A stretch of 39,593 nucleotides of DNA from Perkinsus olseni (taxonomy: Eukaryota): assembly GCA_013115125.1 (NCBI GenBank), contig JABANN010000321.1, positions 1 to 39,593 of the forward strand. Reading direction: 5' to 3'. The notes beneath the pieces were generated by a model. That model did not search any database. It worked only from the letters and a program-made list of their open reading frames with translations, and had not been told where the DNA came from. The translations under genes and the position numbers were made by a program. Position 1 is the first letter of the stretch, and every line of letters starts with the position of its first letter. Shown piece by piece: positions 1 to 11,911 of this stretch.

Positions 1-182
1 ACGAGCCTGCATTGTGTAACTGTCGGCGGGCGAGCTGCAGTCAGATGGATAGACCATAGTTCATAAAATAAGTAGAATATAAGGGGGCGTAAGGCAGCAA
101 GACGTGAGTCTTGCGTCTTCGAATAATACACATACCCTACAGAAAGAAACGAACAAAGGCTCGTAAGTTAGCCTTGCTTCCT

Positions 183-204
183 CTGGGAGTCTCCCAGTGG
201 GAGA
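183..204. mobile_element. 22-bp excision-type scar, 8-mer CTGGGAGA
   Basis: ctgggag tctcccag tgggaga = T[1-7]+rc(T)+T[2-8]. Confidence 0.75.
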
Positions 205-515
205 GCAAGTTTCCAGGAACACCACAAGGAGGTCTCCGAGCACGTTCCCGCATCAGTAAATCACAACTCGTTCGTCCTTGAACTTGCCCCATAACTGGAC
301 CTGCATGTTAACCTTAAAAAAGCAAAACCGTATCAAGAACTGGGATTAGATTTCCATCTCAATTTCAGGCCGGAAGGGGGAAAATATCGATCATCAGAAA
401 TTGAGAAATGAATCGGAAGTGACAATCCTTGGAATAGATCGGGAAGTGTTGTAGAGACGGTGGGCGAGCGATAGACAAAGATCTTCGAATCTTTATACAC
501 AGATGTCTGAAGTGA

Positions 516-537
516 CTGATGCGGCATCAGTGATGCC
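516..537. mobile_element. 22-bp excision-type scar, 8-mer CTGATGCC
   Basis: ctgatgc ggcatcag tgatgcc. Confidence 0.75.
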
Positions 538-692
538 TCGGGATTGAACGATCGATGAGTATATTCATATTTGCCATGGAGTAATAGGCGATAGAGCATT
601 CGGTGGTAAGTTGAATTGTATGTATTTTTACACTTCAACCCGCAGAAGAAATTCGCCCCAGAGCATTATAAACACAATTCAGGGAAGATACC

Positions 693-714
693 CTCTCATC
701 ATGAGAGTCTCATG
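693..714. mobile_element. 22-bp excision-type scar, 8-mer CTCTCATG
   Basis: ctctcat catgagag tctcatg. Confidence 0.75.
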
Positions 715-1037
715 TTAGGATAACTACAGATGTTCATTTGTTTGAAGAGCAAGGAGCCCTAGACGGCTCAAACTTTGACTCTCCCGAAAGCACGGCCATG
801 GATGGATTCAACTTGAACCAAGTTGAACCGTTGAAGTCTTGAACTGCAAGACGTGCTTAGTAAAGGGCCCCGTAGAAGAAAAAAATCAGACCGTGAATTT
901 ATCACTGGCAGGGAGAGAGCAACCTACAGCTAACTTCGAGGACAAAATCATCACCTCTCAACCTCCAACTCAGTAGGTTGGAAGCAATAACCATCACCCT
1001 TGTGATAAAGACCATAACAGACTCCACCGCCCTTACA

Positions 1038-1059
1038 GTAAGAGGCTCTTACTAAGAGC
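1038..1059. mobile_element. 22-bp scar inside the CA gene, 8-mer GTAAGAGC
   Basis: gtaagag gctcttac taagagc; creates the TAG TAA stop on the minus strand. Confidence 0.8.
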
Positions 1060-1651
1060 CGTACTTAGAAGCACCACAGGATGACAGACCATCACATACA
1101 CGATGACAGTAAAGGTTCACCTCCTCCTTCAAGCCTTCGGTTATATAAATCTTACGACCGTTCAATGGTTGAGCATCTCTATAGTTGGGGGCGATGACAT
1201 CTCCATCGGGGCCAACAGCAGACCTTAGCACTTTCATCTGATCCTCACTGATTGTCATCGTCGTCTTCGCCACATGCCAGAGAACATTCTCATCACAGGT
1301 AGGTATGGTGATGGAACCATCATAACCAAAGTACTTTGTACTCGCCTCCTCGGGCATCAAACCATACAAGTCGATGGACTCAACAGTCTGACTAACGGTC
1401 TTCACGGCTTTGAGAATCTTCTCAATCTCGGGGTTGGCCTCGCCAATCTCAAAATTGACGCTGAAGAGAGCCAGGCCACCAGGCTTCCCCTTAGCATTCC
1501 CGAAACTTCCATATTTCTCGTTGTAATGAACGAAGTCGAGTCCCATTGGATAGGCCATACCTTCGAATAGATGCTCGCTGCCTGCCTCGTCGGTCAAGCC
1601 CCAATGAGCGTGGAAGTGCTCCAAAACAAAAGTGTCTTCTTCGAACATACG

Positions 1652-1673
1652 CACGTTAGTAACGTGACGTTAC
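1652..1673. mobile_element. 22-bp scar inside the CA gene, 8-mer CACGTTAC
   Basis: cacgtta gtaacgtg acgttac; causes the frameshift between the two CA ORFs. Confidence 0.8.
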
Positions 1674-3688
1674 TCATATTGTATCCCTTCTGCTCCGCTA
1701 ATACATTAATACCATAATTAGTGATACTCAAACCAGCTTCATCAATTTGACCATAATTGATCTGAAGATCTTCCAAAATGACCGACTGGTCGACAGCAGC
1801 GATCTCAATGGATATCGGTGATTGAGATTTACCCTCGGCACACATACCAGGCCAGGCAGACTGATCATCATAGGACCAATCAGAACCAGTAGCAGTGATT
1901 ATGATCTGACACAGGGTGGAGATGATGGTGACGCACTTCATCACAGGATGAGAATCAACTGGAGAGTAGTTTTTTCGAGGGATCGGACAATTGCGAATTC
2001 ATCCACATCCGGGGTTGAGCTCGTTCGAGTGAATCCTGGTTTCATCGAAAATTACGGTTGAATGACTCGAAACACGAGAACGTATTGCGCTCAACGTAAC
2101 AGCACTTGAGCTTCGAGTTCGGAGTACAACATCAGAGCAGACATGGGGTATGGGGAAGGTCTGTCGAGAACCCAGTGTAGAAGTGGCACTCAACTTGAGT
2201 TCGGGCTGAGTGACAGAAAAGGTCTCCCAGAATATGCCATGCTCAACATGGATTTCGAGTTCTGGAATCCTCTCGTAAACAGCCTCAGAAACCCGCCTCA
2301 GAGTGCCGCACGGTTACTCAAACGACCACACGCATCATGCATGTGCGTCACGCATGCACAGCACGCCATGTGCTCCTCTCCAAGCAAGATATATAGCAAG
2401 TTCGGGTCGGTAGTCTCAGTCTACCTCACGGAGATTTCAGTCGAAAAACGAGAGAGCACTGAACGCCCGGTGATTCCCAGGTGCATCTGCTATCCGGTGC
2501 TAGACGACTCGAGCTTGCCATGCTTGGGAGTAGCCCGCTATAGATGGAGACTGTCTCTAGGACAAGGGAGCACAGTAGAGTACAGCGCCACGCTTCAGTG
2601 GAATAAACCTTTGAGTGTACGAGCTTATAGTGTGCACAATACCGACTTTCCGAGGAATATACGAGTTGAACTCGTACACAGGGAACCCTCAGGTGAACGA
2701 GATTCATGTGTATGACCCATCATGGGCCGCCGGCCCGTCACTCCTTGCGCCTTGCCCTGGGGTCGTGCCTTGCGTACTTACCCGCTCGCTCGTGCTCCGC
2801 CAGCGGCACGCTGTCACGTTCACGCGTCACTCTGGCTTCCCTCCCCCTCGTGCACGATCCGTGCTCTTTTCCTCGGTGCTTGTTCCTTGGCGCCTCCCCC
2901 TGTACTCGCTCCATTATGTACTCGAGTAACTTGAGGCTGGGACCGCCATACCTCTTGCGGTACGAGAGGTCGAGCATGAGTCACGCTACGGCTCTCTGTG
3001 ACTCGCCCGAACACGACAGTGTTGTGCGGCCACCACTATCCGCGCGTTGTCGAAGCGTCCTTGGCGCTGCCTTCTAGTCGGTCATCCCGCAACTTCCCAG
3101 CTACCCACCACCTGTCGCGACACGACCGCAGGTGCTGTGCATCACCGACAGATCGTAGGCTGCGGACATCATCAATACCATCCAAGTTGTGATGGTATTG
3201 TGACAGTACTTGCAGTAAAATCTACGAACGCTTGGAGCTCGGCATGGGAACATTCTCCGCTCCGTCGTGAACTAACCTTTTTATGAAGTGCTCGGAATTC
3301 CCAGTCGAAGCCTACACTTGCTCGTTCCCCGTTTCACATCTTTCTAGATGGCATAGGGTAATGAGAGAAGCGGAAGAAGCAACGTACGAAGACTTTTTGA
3401 AATATACTCTCACTCAACTCAAACTCTCTATCGAGGGCCCTTCGGCGAGGGGACTTACAAGTCAAGTACGCCTTTCCAAGGCCTATTGTATTTTAGCGCG
3501 CGCTGGCGAAATTGATTTTACTAAGGCATATGATATGCCGCATATCTTGGCGCCGGTGATCGGTCGCTCTGCGAAAGTGATCTTACTAAACGCGAAATGG
3601 TGTAAATCAATTTCTCCTTATAGCGAGGATAAAGAGCAGCTTGTGAGCCGCTTGAGAGCCTCCTGATGATGGCTCGGGAAAGGACTTA

Positions 3689-3710
3689 AACAGGACTCCT
3701 GTTACAGGAG
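3689..3710. mobile_element. 22-bp scar, 8-mer AACAGGAG
   Basis: aacagga ctcctgtt acaggag. Confidence 0.75.
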
Positions 3711-3867
3711 CAGAGATAACGCAAGCGGCAGAGACACGCCAACTTTGCAACAGCGCTCTGTGTTCAACACGACACAGAGTGTCGGAAGGATCCTAGTTCT
3801 TCGCCTTGTGTTTGCGTACACTAGCACGCAGACTCACACAACGCTGCCAACCCTGAAGTTTCCGAAA

Positions 3868-3908
3868 GCTCGTGCCGGGGTTCGAACCCGCGACCTTTAG
3901 ATTTGAAA
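3868..3908 (-). other. tRNA 3'-half-like fragment (anticodon-side, variable loop, T arm, acceptor 3' strand)
   Basis: Minus strand reads TTTCAAATCTAAAGGTCGCGGGTTCGAACCCCGGCACGAGC followed by TTT; no matching 5' half upstream. Confidence 0.5.
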
Positions 3909-4185
3909 CGGAAGAGGTTTTCATGTGAAGGTGATAGAGTAAATTGCAGAGCTCGTTTCGTTTCATTTTCATAGTAACACCATCTAATGCATTGAGTTGG
4001 CAATTTCAATCAGTATCTTTCCGCATATCTTCAACCTCGCAAGATTCATGTAGGTTGAGTTTTCATGGATTCCCTCAATGACATCTCGGATGTGTTCCAA
4101 GAAGCAACTCGGACGAAAAATGAAATAGACGATCTGCTCGGCCGAATGGAGGAGGCAGGTAGTATCTATGGTCGAACACTGGGGA

Positions 4186-4270
4186 GTATCTTCAGGTTGA
4201 AGATAGGAAAGTATCTTTAGGTTGAAGATAAGAAAGTATCTTTAGGTTGAAGATAGGAAAGTATCCTTAG
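4186..4270 (+). repeat. 25-bp minisatellite GTATCTTTAGGTTGAAGATAGGAAA, about 3.4 copies
   Basis: Tandem copies read directly. Confidence 0.9.
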
Positions 4271-4303
4271 TTTGCCTAAAAACTTCATGTCCAGCAATCC
4301 TGG

Positions 4304-4378
4304 GGTTTAGTATCCGTAGGCTGACTATGGTTTAGTATCCGTAGGCTGAGTGTGGTTTAGTATCCATAGGTTGATTAT
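4304..4378 (+). repeat. 25-bp minisatellite GGTTTAGTATCCGTAGGCTGACTAT, 3 copies
   Basis: Tandem copies read directly; shares a GTATC..TAGG.TGA core with the adjacent array. Confidence 0.9.
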
Positions 4379-4590
4379 AGTGTACCGCGGAATATGCAGG
4401 GATGTGGTCGTTAGAAACGTCCAACTCTATCCGTGCCATGGACTCTCGCCGCCCCACTGCCGCCTCGATCCGGCCACTGGTTTCAGAAATTTCGACCAGT
4501 GCAAGAAATTTCTTTTGTTAAGATTATCTTTCCGTATGAATTTCTAGAAGGCCAGTCAGAATAGTATTCAGGGGACGATGAACCAATCCT

Positions 4591-4672
4591 GAGACTCAGA
4601 GTCGATTCTGGAAACGCCTCATTTTACGTGTAAGAAACAATTCCAGAACCGATTATCCTGAGCTTCAGAATT
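4591..4672. repeat. About 80-bp dispersed element with paired AGAATCGATTCT palindromes (degenerate copy)
   Basis: Aligns by eye with 26703-26785 and 32251-32330. Confidence 0.6.
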
Positions 4673-5333
4673 GGGTCCTTGAACGTGATCCAGATGCAGG
4701 ATGCCTATCGAATAAAGTGTCTGACTAGGGAACATGTAGACAACAGCCGACTGCTACTCAGCACGCGTCCGTAGCGGTGTTCGACAAAAAATCGTGAAAC
4801 TCGGAATCTATTCTGGACCCGCATTCTATATTGTAAAGATCAATTCTACACCTCTTCCCGAGCAAATAGAAAGTTAGATGGATAATTAGTACGATACGAT
4901 TAACTAGATCGAGCTGTAGAATCGATTCTGACTTCCAAAATTAGAACCGGGGCTCCGTCGGGAACACTGAGTTGCTCAGGCCTGAGCACGTCTCGAAGCA
5001 GCAGCCTCAGTACACCGGCCAATCGGCCTGCCTCTGAGGGCAGCGAGGTTGCAGTACAGCAGCGGATGGCGATGTTGATGCAGCAGCTGGTGAAGTTGAC
5101 CAACCGTCTGGAGGAGTTGGCAAGGGGACCGCAGGGAAGCCCTATGTGGCGGAAGAGGGCAGCAAGAATGCGTAGGGAAGGGCCTCGAGTGTCGCTGGAA
5201 TCTTCTGTGCTTGCCGCGACCTTAGAATGTATCGTGTTAATTATCTAGGGACTCTGAGCTCAGACTAGGGGCAAGTTGGGGGGTGTTCTTCAGATTGTTT
5301 TTACACCGTTGTTTCGCGCGTTGTATGTTAACG

Positions 5334-5392
5334 AATATCTTAGGTTGATCCTTGCAGGAGACAGTTATAAATATCTTAGGTTGATCCTTGCA
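5334..5392 (+). repeat. Direct repeat AATATCTTAGGTTGATCCTTGCA x2 (36-bp period)
   Basis: Copies at 5334-5356 and 5370-5392. Confidence 0.85.
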
Positions 5393-6319
5393 ATAGATAG
5401 TTGTATCTCTCTCAGGCGACGACGTTGATGGTATCAAAGTCTCCACAGATCGTCTGTTAAATCACATTTTTCGTACACGGCAACGAGAGAAGCTTTTCGG
5501 CGCCAAAAATTCGAACGAAAACGGCGAAGATCAAACAGCAGAATCGCAGTTATTGCGAGAGCGCCAAGCCCTACAGCAGAGCGCGGGGATGCTGGATAGC
5601 ATCTTGGGGCAGGGTCATGCTACATTGGGAAAAATGACGCAACAGAACACAGTGTTGAAGGTAGTACGAAGAGGGCGGAGGGTGGTAGGGTTTTGAGAAT
5701 TGTCAGTGGGAAAATGGGAATTTCTTCTGTTCGACACAGTAATTCTGAAAATTCTAAATCGATTTGTACGCGCGAACTGAGGGTCCCAGTCCGGTTTTAT
5801 ATGCCGGGGTTAGCTCGGTGAATGGTACTTTTTTTATCTGCATAAAGCAAGTTTTGAAATTTTTCTGCTTAGCCGAAATATTTACCATTACGTGGCTTCG
5901 AGCAAGACTTGGCTCGGCACTGATGGTGAGAATTCCCCCCGAGTATCTTCGACAAAGATTCTCCATGATCTCGGGGCTTCGGCGAAAGATTCTCGCAGTT
6001 GCCATAATATATTCTGCGCACGGTGAAGAATTGTATCGTTACAGTATGTTGAATGATCGATGCAGAATCGAGAGGAATCTTAGGTCGAAGCATGCTCTTC
6101 TCAAGTTGATTACGATTATTCCGGATGCCATTCTTCTTCAGACGACGCGACGTAAAATGTATGACGTCCTGAACGCTGTTGGTCTGTCGTCAACACTCAG
6201 CACGAGTATTGACCGGAGGCAGAGGGTGGACGCCTGGATTGTTCGGGGAGGAATGGTACGATTAATTTGGAATTGAGAAAATAGCACTGTTTAGTTTTTT
6301 TGTTGAAGGCAATCTAAAT

Positions 6320-6541
6320 AATTTCGTGGCGCGCGAGAAAAGCGACGATTGTTTGAAAGTTTGTACAGTTCGTAGTGGAACGATTCTATCTCGGGTTACG
6401 TGTCTTACGAGAGTAGCAATTTCCTGGCGCGCGAGAAATGTAGCAGGTCGAAGAGCATAGCCTATCTTTGTGCTGCATGTTCAGGTTTTGTAAACTCGTT
6501 TACTTCGTAGTCGTAGGAGCAATTTCGTGGCGCGCGGGAAT
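6320..6541 (+). repeat. Three copies of AATTTC(G/C)TGGCGCGCG(A/G)GAA at about 100-bp spacing
   Basis: Copies start at 6320, 6418 and 6521. Confidence 0.8.
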
Positions 6542-6919
6542 TATGGTAGATCCGAGAGCCCAGTCCGTTGCTGTTTTCAGGTCTTCGTCGTGGCCCTGTT
6601 TTTCATCCTTTATTGGTTCCTCCGTGCTGGGAGATGAACCCGAAGGAGATGGTGGTTTATACCGCTCGAAGAGGGAGGCTAACGACGCCGTGCCGTCGCC
6701 ACTGGAACACGCCTGATACATTTATCAATATGGTGCTGTTCTATTTGGGTTCAGTGGGAGTGGAATTTGGGGACAGCCGTTGCACAATGAGGGCTAGAGC
6801 TGGCGCATCGATATCTTTGTTCTCGGTGAGGTTCAAGGTTCGACTTAAGATTCCTTGAGGATAATGTATGACGCAGTGTCAGTTTAGTTGTGAAAGAGTT
6901 TTATTTTCACTCGAGGGAG

Positions 6920-9327
6920 ATGACTCGTAGCGTTCCGCTCCGATCAGTCACTTTTGCTCGGCACTTGTCCATCATCCAAGACGCCTCTTCTAAGAAGACT
7001 GGGTGTATTCAGTACAGGGTTCCGGGAGGGGTCCAAGGGCGTATCTTTTATCCGGCAGTATCCGAGGTTCATCAAGGGTATAAGCAAACTTTGTGGTTCA
7101 CGGATCTCGAAAGATATGCGTGAGTTGGGAATGGGTCTTAGTCGTAACGGGCTGACCATTCAGTCCGGTGGCAAAAAACCTTTCCGAGTTTGAAGATTGA
7201 AACGAGACCGGGCGCGTTAGAGTGGAAATTCGAAGGCTTTTCGAGCGATGGAATGTCCGACCGGACTTAATCGCAGATTTTTTCTGCTACACAAGTGAGA
7301 GGAAAATATTTTTTATTCGAAGCCTGGAGGAAAGTTATCAGTTTTTGGCTGTTTTCGGATCCCTGAGTTGCAGTCCGTGAGTTCTTCTTATCGAACCGCC
7401 GTTCAGGACTGGCCAGTTGGACGTCGGCCGAGCTTTGTTTAGAAGATCTCGAGTAATGCAGATAGTTGCTTCGATCTTGGAGTGGATGGTGAAGATTGTA
7501 GCCTATGTTTTGCCGAGGTAGCATCTTGCAATCTTGCATTTCCTTAACGCTGGTTATGTCTTCAGTCGTTTGTTCGTACCAAAGCTGAGCTCGACTTATG
7601 ATCGTATCGAACCGGTCGAGGAGGGGTCGCTGCCACTTGTGGTGTTCTCGCATGGACTGACTGGAAATGGCGATGAAAACGCTATGCTGTGCTCAGCACT
7701 GACTCGTAAGTATTTATAGTGATTAGTTGGGGAAGCACTTGCCTTTCCATCGGAAGGTCTCTGGTTCGATCCTCCCGCGTGTCGTTTAGGTGAAATTGTC
7801 GGAGGTGCTATTGTGGCGGAAGTCCATCATCAGGATGGCTCAGCCTGCGAGGCGGTGGACGAGGACGGCCACAAAATACCATATATTCCGGTGGGAGCTC
7901 TTATCCATGGTACCCAGGTTCGATCCCCGGTGGCTTGATTTTAGGACCCCATTGGAAGCCCGGACCCCAGAGATCTTCGGCCTAAGCAAGTGCGCCAGCG
8001 TGCAAATGAGATGAACTCGGTGGTCGAGTAATACTACAACTTTTGTAATTTATGTATGTGAATATCCAACGGTTTCAGATACCTCTGTGCGATCGGGTCC
8101 GGTGAGGAGAGGTCGGATCCCTTGCTGAATCGTGTGGCGAGGTTGATCGACCCTCGTCGTATTATCCCTGTTGGTTACTCCTTTGGTGGTGCTACTGTGG
8201 CTGAATATTGTAATAATCGGAAGAATCTTCGAAGCTCGAGAAATGTCGTCTCGATTGGAGTTTCTCTCGCGGGAATAAAACTGTTATTACTCCTTCTGAA
8301 ACGGTCGCATCCGGAAGAGATTGCCTCGAAATCAGGCTGGGAGAATCGAGCTCTGGGCAGGGTCGGCTTAGCTTGGTCTCTGCCCTCCAGAGTCTGGAGG
8401 TCTCAGTGTCTTTTAGAATGAATGCTGAGCGCGTCATTCCCTATTGTCTGCAGGTTCCACAGTTGGTCTGAAGAAAGTGGAGGATAAGTGTGTGCCGTGC
8501 GCGGTATTGATGGACCCGTGGACGTACGTTACCCCTAGGGACGGCTCTCAAGGGTTCAACTTCCCTGAGAGAGCACATAAAGAAGGTACCAACGGGCGTT
8601 CTGTTTTAGCGGTTAACGGGGATGGTTTAGTACCGACGAAGACCCTAGCTCGAATCTGAGTCCCTAACGTTTAAGCAATGTATTCTCGTCCCGTATCGAA
8701 GGTGACTCTTTCTATGTACTTCTGGTAACCGGTAGGTATCTGAGAGGTGCGGAATAATTTTCGAAACTTATTTTTCCGTGTGAGCCCTTTGCTGTGCTTC
8801 TGCGTTTCTTACCGCCTGTCTCTTGAGGTTGTATGAAGTTGTGGTCAGGAATCCAAACACCGACACTGATCCTCGGTAGCGAGGAGTTCTCTAAGTACCC
8901 CGGTATGCGTGCCGCTACTGTGAACTTGCATGATAAGAGCTTGCAACCTGGAAGTCGGCTCAGGGTACGATTTGGTGAAGTTATGGTATGTGCGAATGTG
9001 CGAGTATTCTAGGTAGTCGATAAGACAAGACATGGCAACTTCATGGAGCTTTGTTTTTGGATGCCGAAGTTCCTCGTGCCGGTCGCGGCTAGGATTGGAT
9101 TATACGATAAGAACAACAAATCTGCGAGAGGTGAGCGGAAGGTTCACTATTCTTTAGCGGAGCGAAGTTTTTCTTCTGCAGGTACGTACTGCAAAATCAT
9201 AGCGTCGATCGCTAATTTCATATTTCTGAATACGTCCTCTCACGCCCACAGTGCGTTGGCGTCGAAAAGAGTTGAGGAAATACCAAGTGAGAGCAAGATG
9301 AGCAAGAGGAACAATCTAAAGGAGTGA
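6920..9327 (+). CDS. PAF-acetylhydrolase-like alpha/beta hydrolase, copy 1 (multi-exon)
   Basis: Exons encode GRIFYP, LPLVVFSHGLTG, EVHHQDGSA, GYSFGGATV (nucleophile elbow), VLMDPW and DKTRHGNF, separated by GT-AG introns. Exact exon structure not fully resolved. Confidence 0.75.
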
Positions 9328-11911
9328 ACTTCGTTATTGCTCACTTGGACATGAAGCCAAGATTTCAAGCGGTGTTTTATAGCTTGTTATGGTTGGCATT
9401 CGTTCGTGGTGTTGTTTTGCACCCGATGGTTTTGTTTTACGGCGATAATCTTCAGTCTTGTTTTCCGTCACGAATGTTCAGTTGAGTTGGCGTGCGGTGG
9501 TCTTGTCATTGGGAAGGTCTGGCGCGTCGGCTGCATGGGTCTTAGTGGTCATTGTACGTAGGGCTGAGAGAATGGGAGAAAGGAGTTCGGAAAATGAAGT
9601 CCGTGGGCTTGGAACCTGGGAGCTCCACTTGTCGCGAAAACTTTTAATGTGTAACCTGCGCGTCTTAGCCTGTGATGACGATCAGTCTGGAAGTATAAGA
9701 GAACCCGTGCAACGGTTTCAAGATTTGATCGAACTCTCGTATCGCGGTTAGTGATTCCACTTGGTAGAATCTACTGCCAAGTTGGTAACCTATGAAAATC
9801 CGTTCAAGGTCGGTGGAGAGATGCTTAAGTAGCATAGGTTGCGAATTGCCTGAAAGCTCTTCGAGAGAACCGTCATTGCAGACTTCCGAGAGTGTCAAAT
9901 TGACGCTGTCAGGGTGACCTCTGGATTTTCGCAGATGACTTGATTCGAGGCAGGTTGTCGGCGCGTAAAGGCGGACCGAAGAAGGCGTTTTGCAGATACG
10001 AAGTAACGAAGATCAAAAAGTCTTCAAGGTAAGCTGCCGTTTGAAAGGTTCCTGGTGCTGGTCTGCCACCTGAATTTGCCACTACGGGCGGGTGGAGAAG
10101 GTAGCGAAAAATCGTAGACGGGCGGTCGTGGAGCGCGACCATAGTTCGTGCTAATTTTCTCGGAAGATTCGAACCCTTAATTCTCAATTCTCCTTTCTTC
10201 AATCTTGCGTGTCTTTCCCGGAGGAAATCGATCGTTGCTCTCTACTAGCAGGCCTACGTGTAGTCGTCTACTTCCTCTTGTTTCGGTCTGTGGGAGACAG
10301 CTAAGTTGTCACAGCGGATCTTGCCTTTCTTTCCGAGAGAAACGTTGCCGGCCGCGCGGAGGCTACGAGTCGTACTTTAACGACTTGCAGTCTTCAGGGT
10401 TAGTATCTGTTGTATTTCAGCAGTCTCTCGCTTTGAGTATTCAACTGGCGATTGGATATTGCTGACTTTGAGATGCATGATCATCATGCACCAGCTTCGG
10501 CCCAGCTACGATGATTTCGCTAGTGTTATCCGCTCGAGTGTTCCGAGTGCTGAGCTAGCTCACGGGATTCTGAGATGCTCTCGGGTTGGGACTAGATGAG
10601 GACCTGGGGTGGATGAGGAAGCGTCACCGTAGACCGATTGGACCGTTGGAACGGGTTAGCTGCTGGTCAGCAACGTTATGAACGCTCGGAGTATCTCGGG
10701 TGACCGCGGGTTTCTGCAGGATGCAGCGAGTCTCTGCCCAGTGAAATGGGCTCCTGTGTTCGAGCAGCTCGAGCCAAGCTGTAATTCATCTACGTTAATC
10801 TAATTCATCTACGTTGCGCAATGACGTCGCCGAGCGGCGGTCGCTCGAATCACAGGTAGTGCTCGGCGGGTGGTCAGAGGTCCTGCGGCAGACGCGTTGG
10901 GGCAGGGGTTCAGACTTGATATTCGCCACTTGAGACAGACACTTCCATGAGACCGAGCGTGTGGGGAAGGTTATGGCGTGTTTATGTCTCTGTCCACATT
11001 CTCCTGGGCGTTCACAGTGGTTTGCCGTGCCACGGTATTGAAGCTTCGCTGACCCTATCAACCTGAGACGGAGATTCAAGCTAGCCAAAGCAAAGGAGTC
11101 GGTGATACACAACGTGGGTGACTTCTGGTCAGGGATGGTTTCCGAATCGTCTTCACGGAGCTATCAAAGGTTGTGGGGGCTGCGGACAGAGGCTCGTCAA
11201 ACTACGTGAGGAACAGCACCTACACAAATCAACACTGCCTTCAAGACACCAGGAACAAGTTGTTCGTAAGTGCGCATCGCGCGAACCGCATCGAGTGCCA
11301 TATGGGGGATCCGTTCTGAGGGAGAAAATATGAATAAACAGGGTGAGGGGGGACGAGATGCATGACTCCGAATCGAGGTGTGTTTCTATTCTTGCTCTTG
11401 AGTTGAAACTTTCGGTGGAAACGGGATGGTCTAGTTGTGTACATTTTTGAGCGGCTTTTTTGACAGTGTGAAATCTGAGGGAACTTCACCGCCGAAATGG
11501 CGCTGGCTGTCCTTCCGATGGTTCTAGGTTGCATCTTATATCATGTGCAGCTATTTAAGCTGGGGTTCTCTGCTTGAATTAAGGAGTGGAGGGATCGTCT
11601 CTCCTTCAGATGAATGAGTGCCTGTCAGGAACTCCCTAGAATGCATCGAGGCTCGCCTTTATCGGGGAAGGTTGACGTCTTCGTCTTCGTCCGGTATGAA
11701 CCTTCGGAGAATCTCTGGCAGAGATTAAGAGGAAATGACTGTTCAGTATTGGCTGTTGAAAGAACGTTTTAATTCATAACAGCGATCTTCCGAGTTTCGT
11801 CACAGAACTGCTTCTCTCGGAGTTGAACCAATTCGAACTCGTTTATGCCTGGCGGAGTGGATTTGGTGTGGATTAGTTTGTTCGTGATAAAGTTTGCTTC
11901 TTTTGAGGGCG

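Larger units (their letters stand above)
903..1944 (-). pseudogene. Alpha-carbonic anhydrase (signal peptide, C-terminal Cys-rich GSYCK module), disrupted by two 14-bp insertions
   Basis: ORFs 1594-1944 and 1052-1654 carry alpha-CA motifs WSY..W, QSPI.I, FHAHWG, GSEH, Y.GSITIPTC.ENV.W and NYRDAQPLNGR. Deleting 14 bp at 1652-1673 fuses them in frame (MSNVRMFEEDTF). Deleting 14 bp at 1038-1059 removes the stop and reads SKYGSYCKGGGVCYGLYHKGDGYCFQP. The 3' end is approximate because a further frameshift is likely near 950-970. Confidence 0.85.

Noticed and set aside
2328-2370. cacgcat catgcatg tgcgtc acgcatg as another scar
   Set aside because: Palindromic but does not fit 7+8+7 without extra events, so not counted
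3868-3960. Possible tRNA-Sec or UGA-suppressor tRNA (TTCAAAT loop) on the minus strand
   Set aside because: Only the 3' half is present; no D arm or complementary 5' acceptor strand, and no long variable arm
4186-4378. CRISPR-like or telomeric array
   Set aside because: Head-to-tail 25-bp units without unique spacers; GGTTTAG occurs only once per unit, so not a telomere tract
3283-5250. ORFs 3283-3666 and about 4950-5250 as gag-like remnants
   Set aside because: Only a coiled-coil-like impression; no intact zinc knuckle, protease, RT or LTR pair found
5764-6276. 170-aa ORF as a transposase fragment
   Set aside because: Non-ATG start and no DDE, BED or hATC motif I can recognise with confidence
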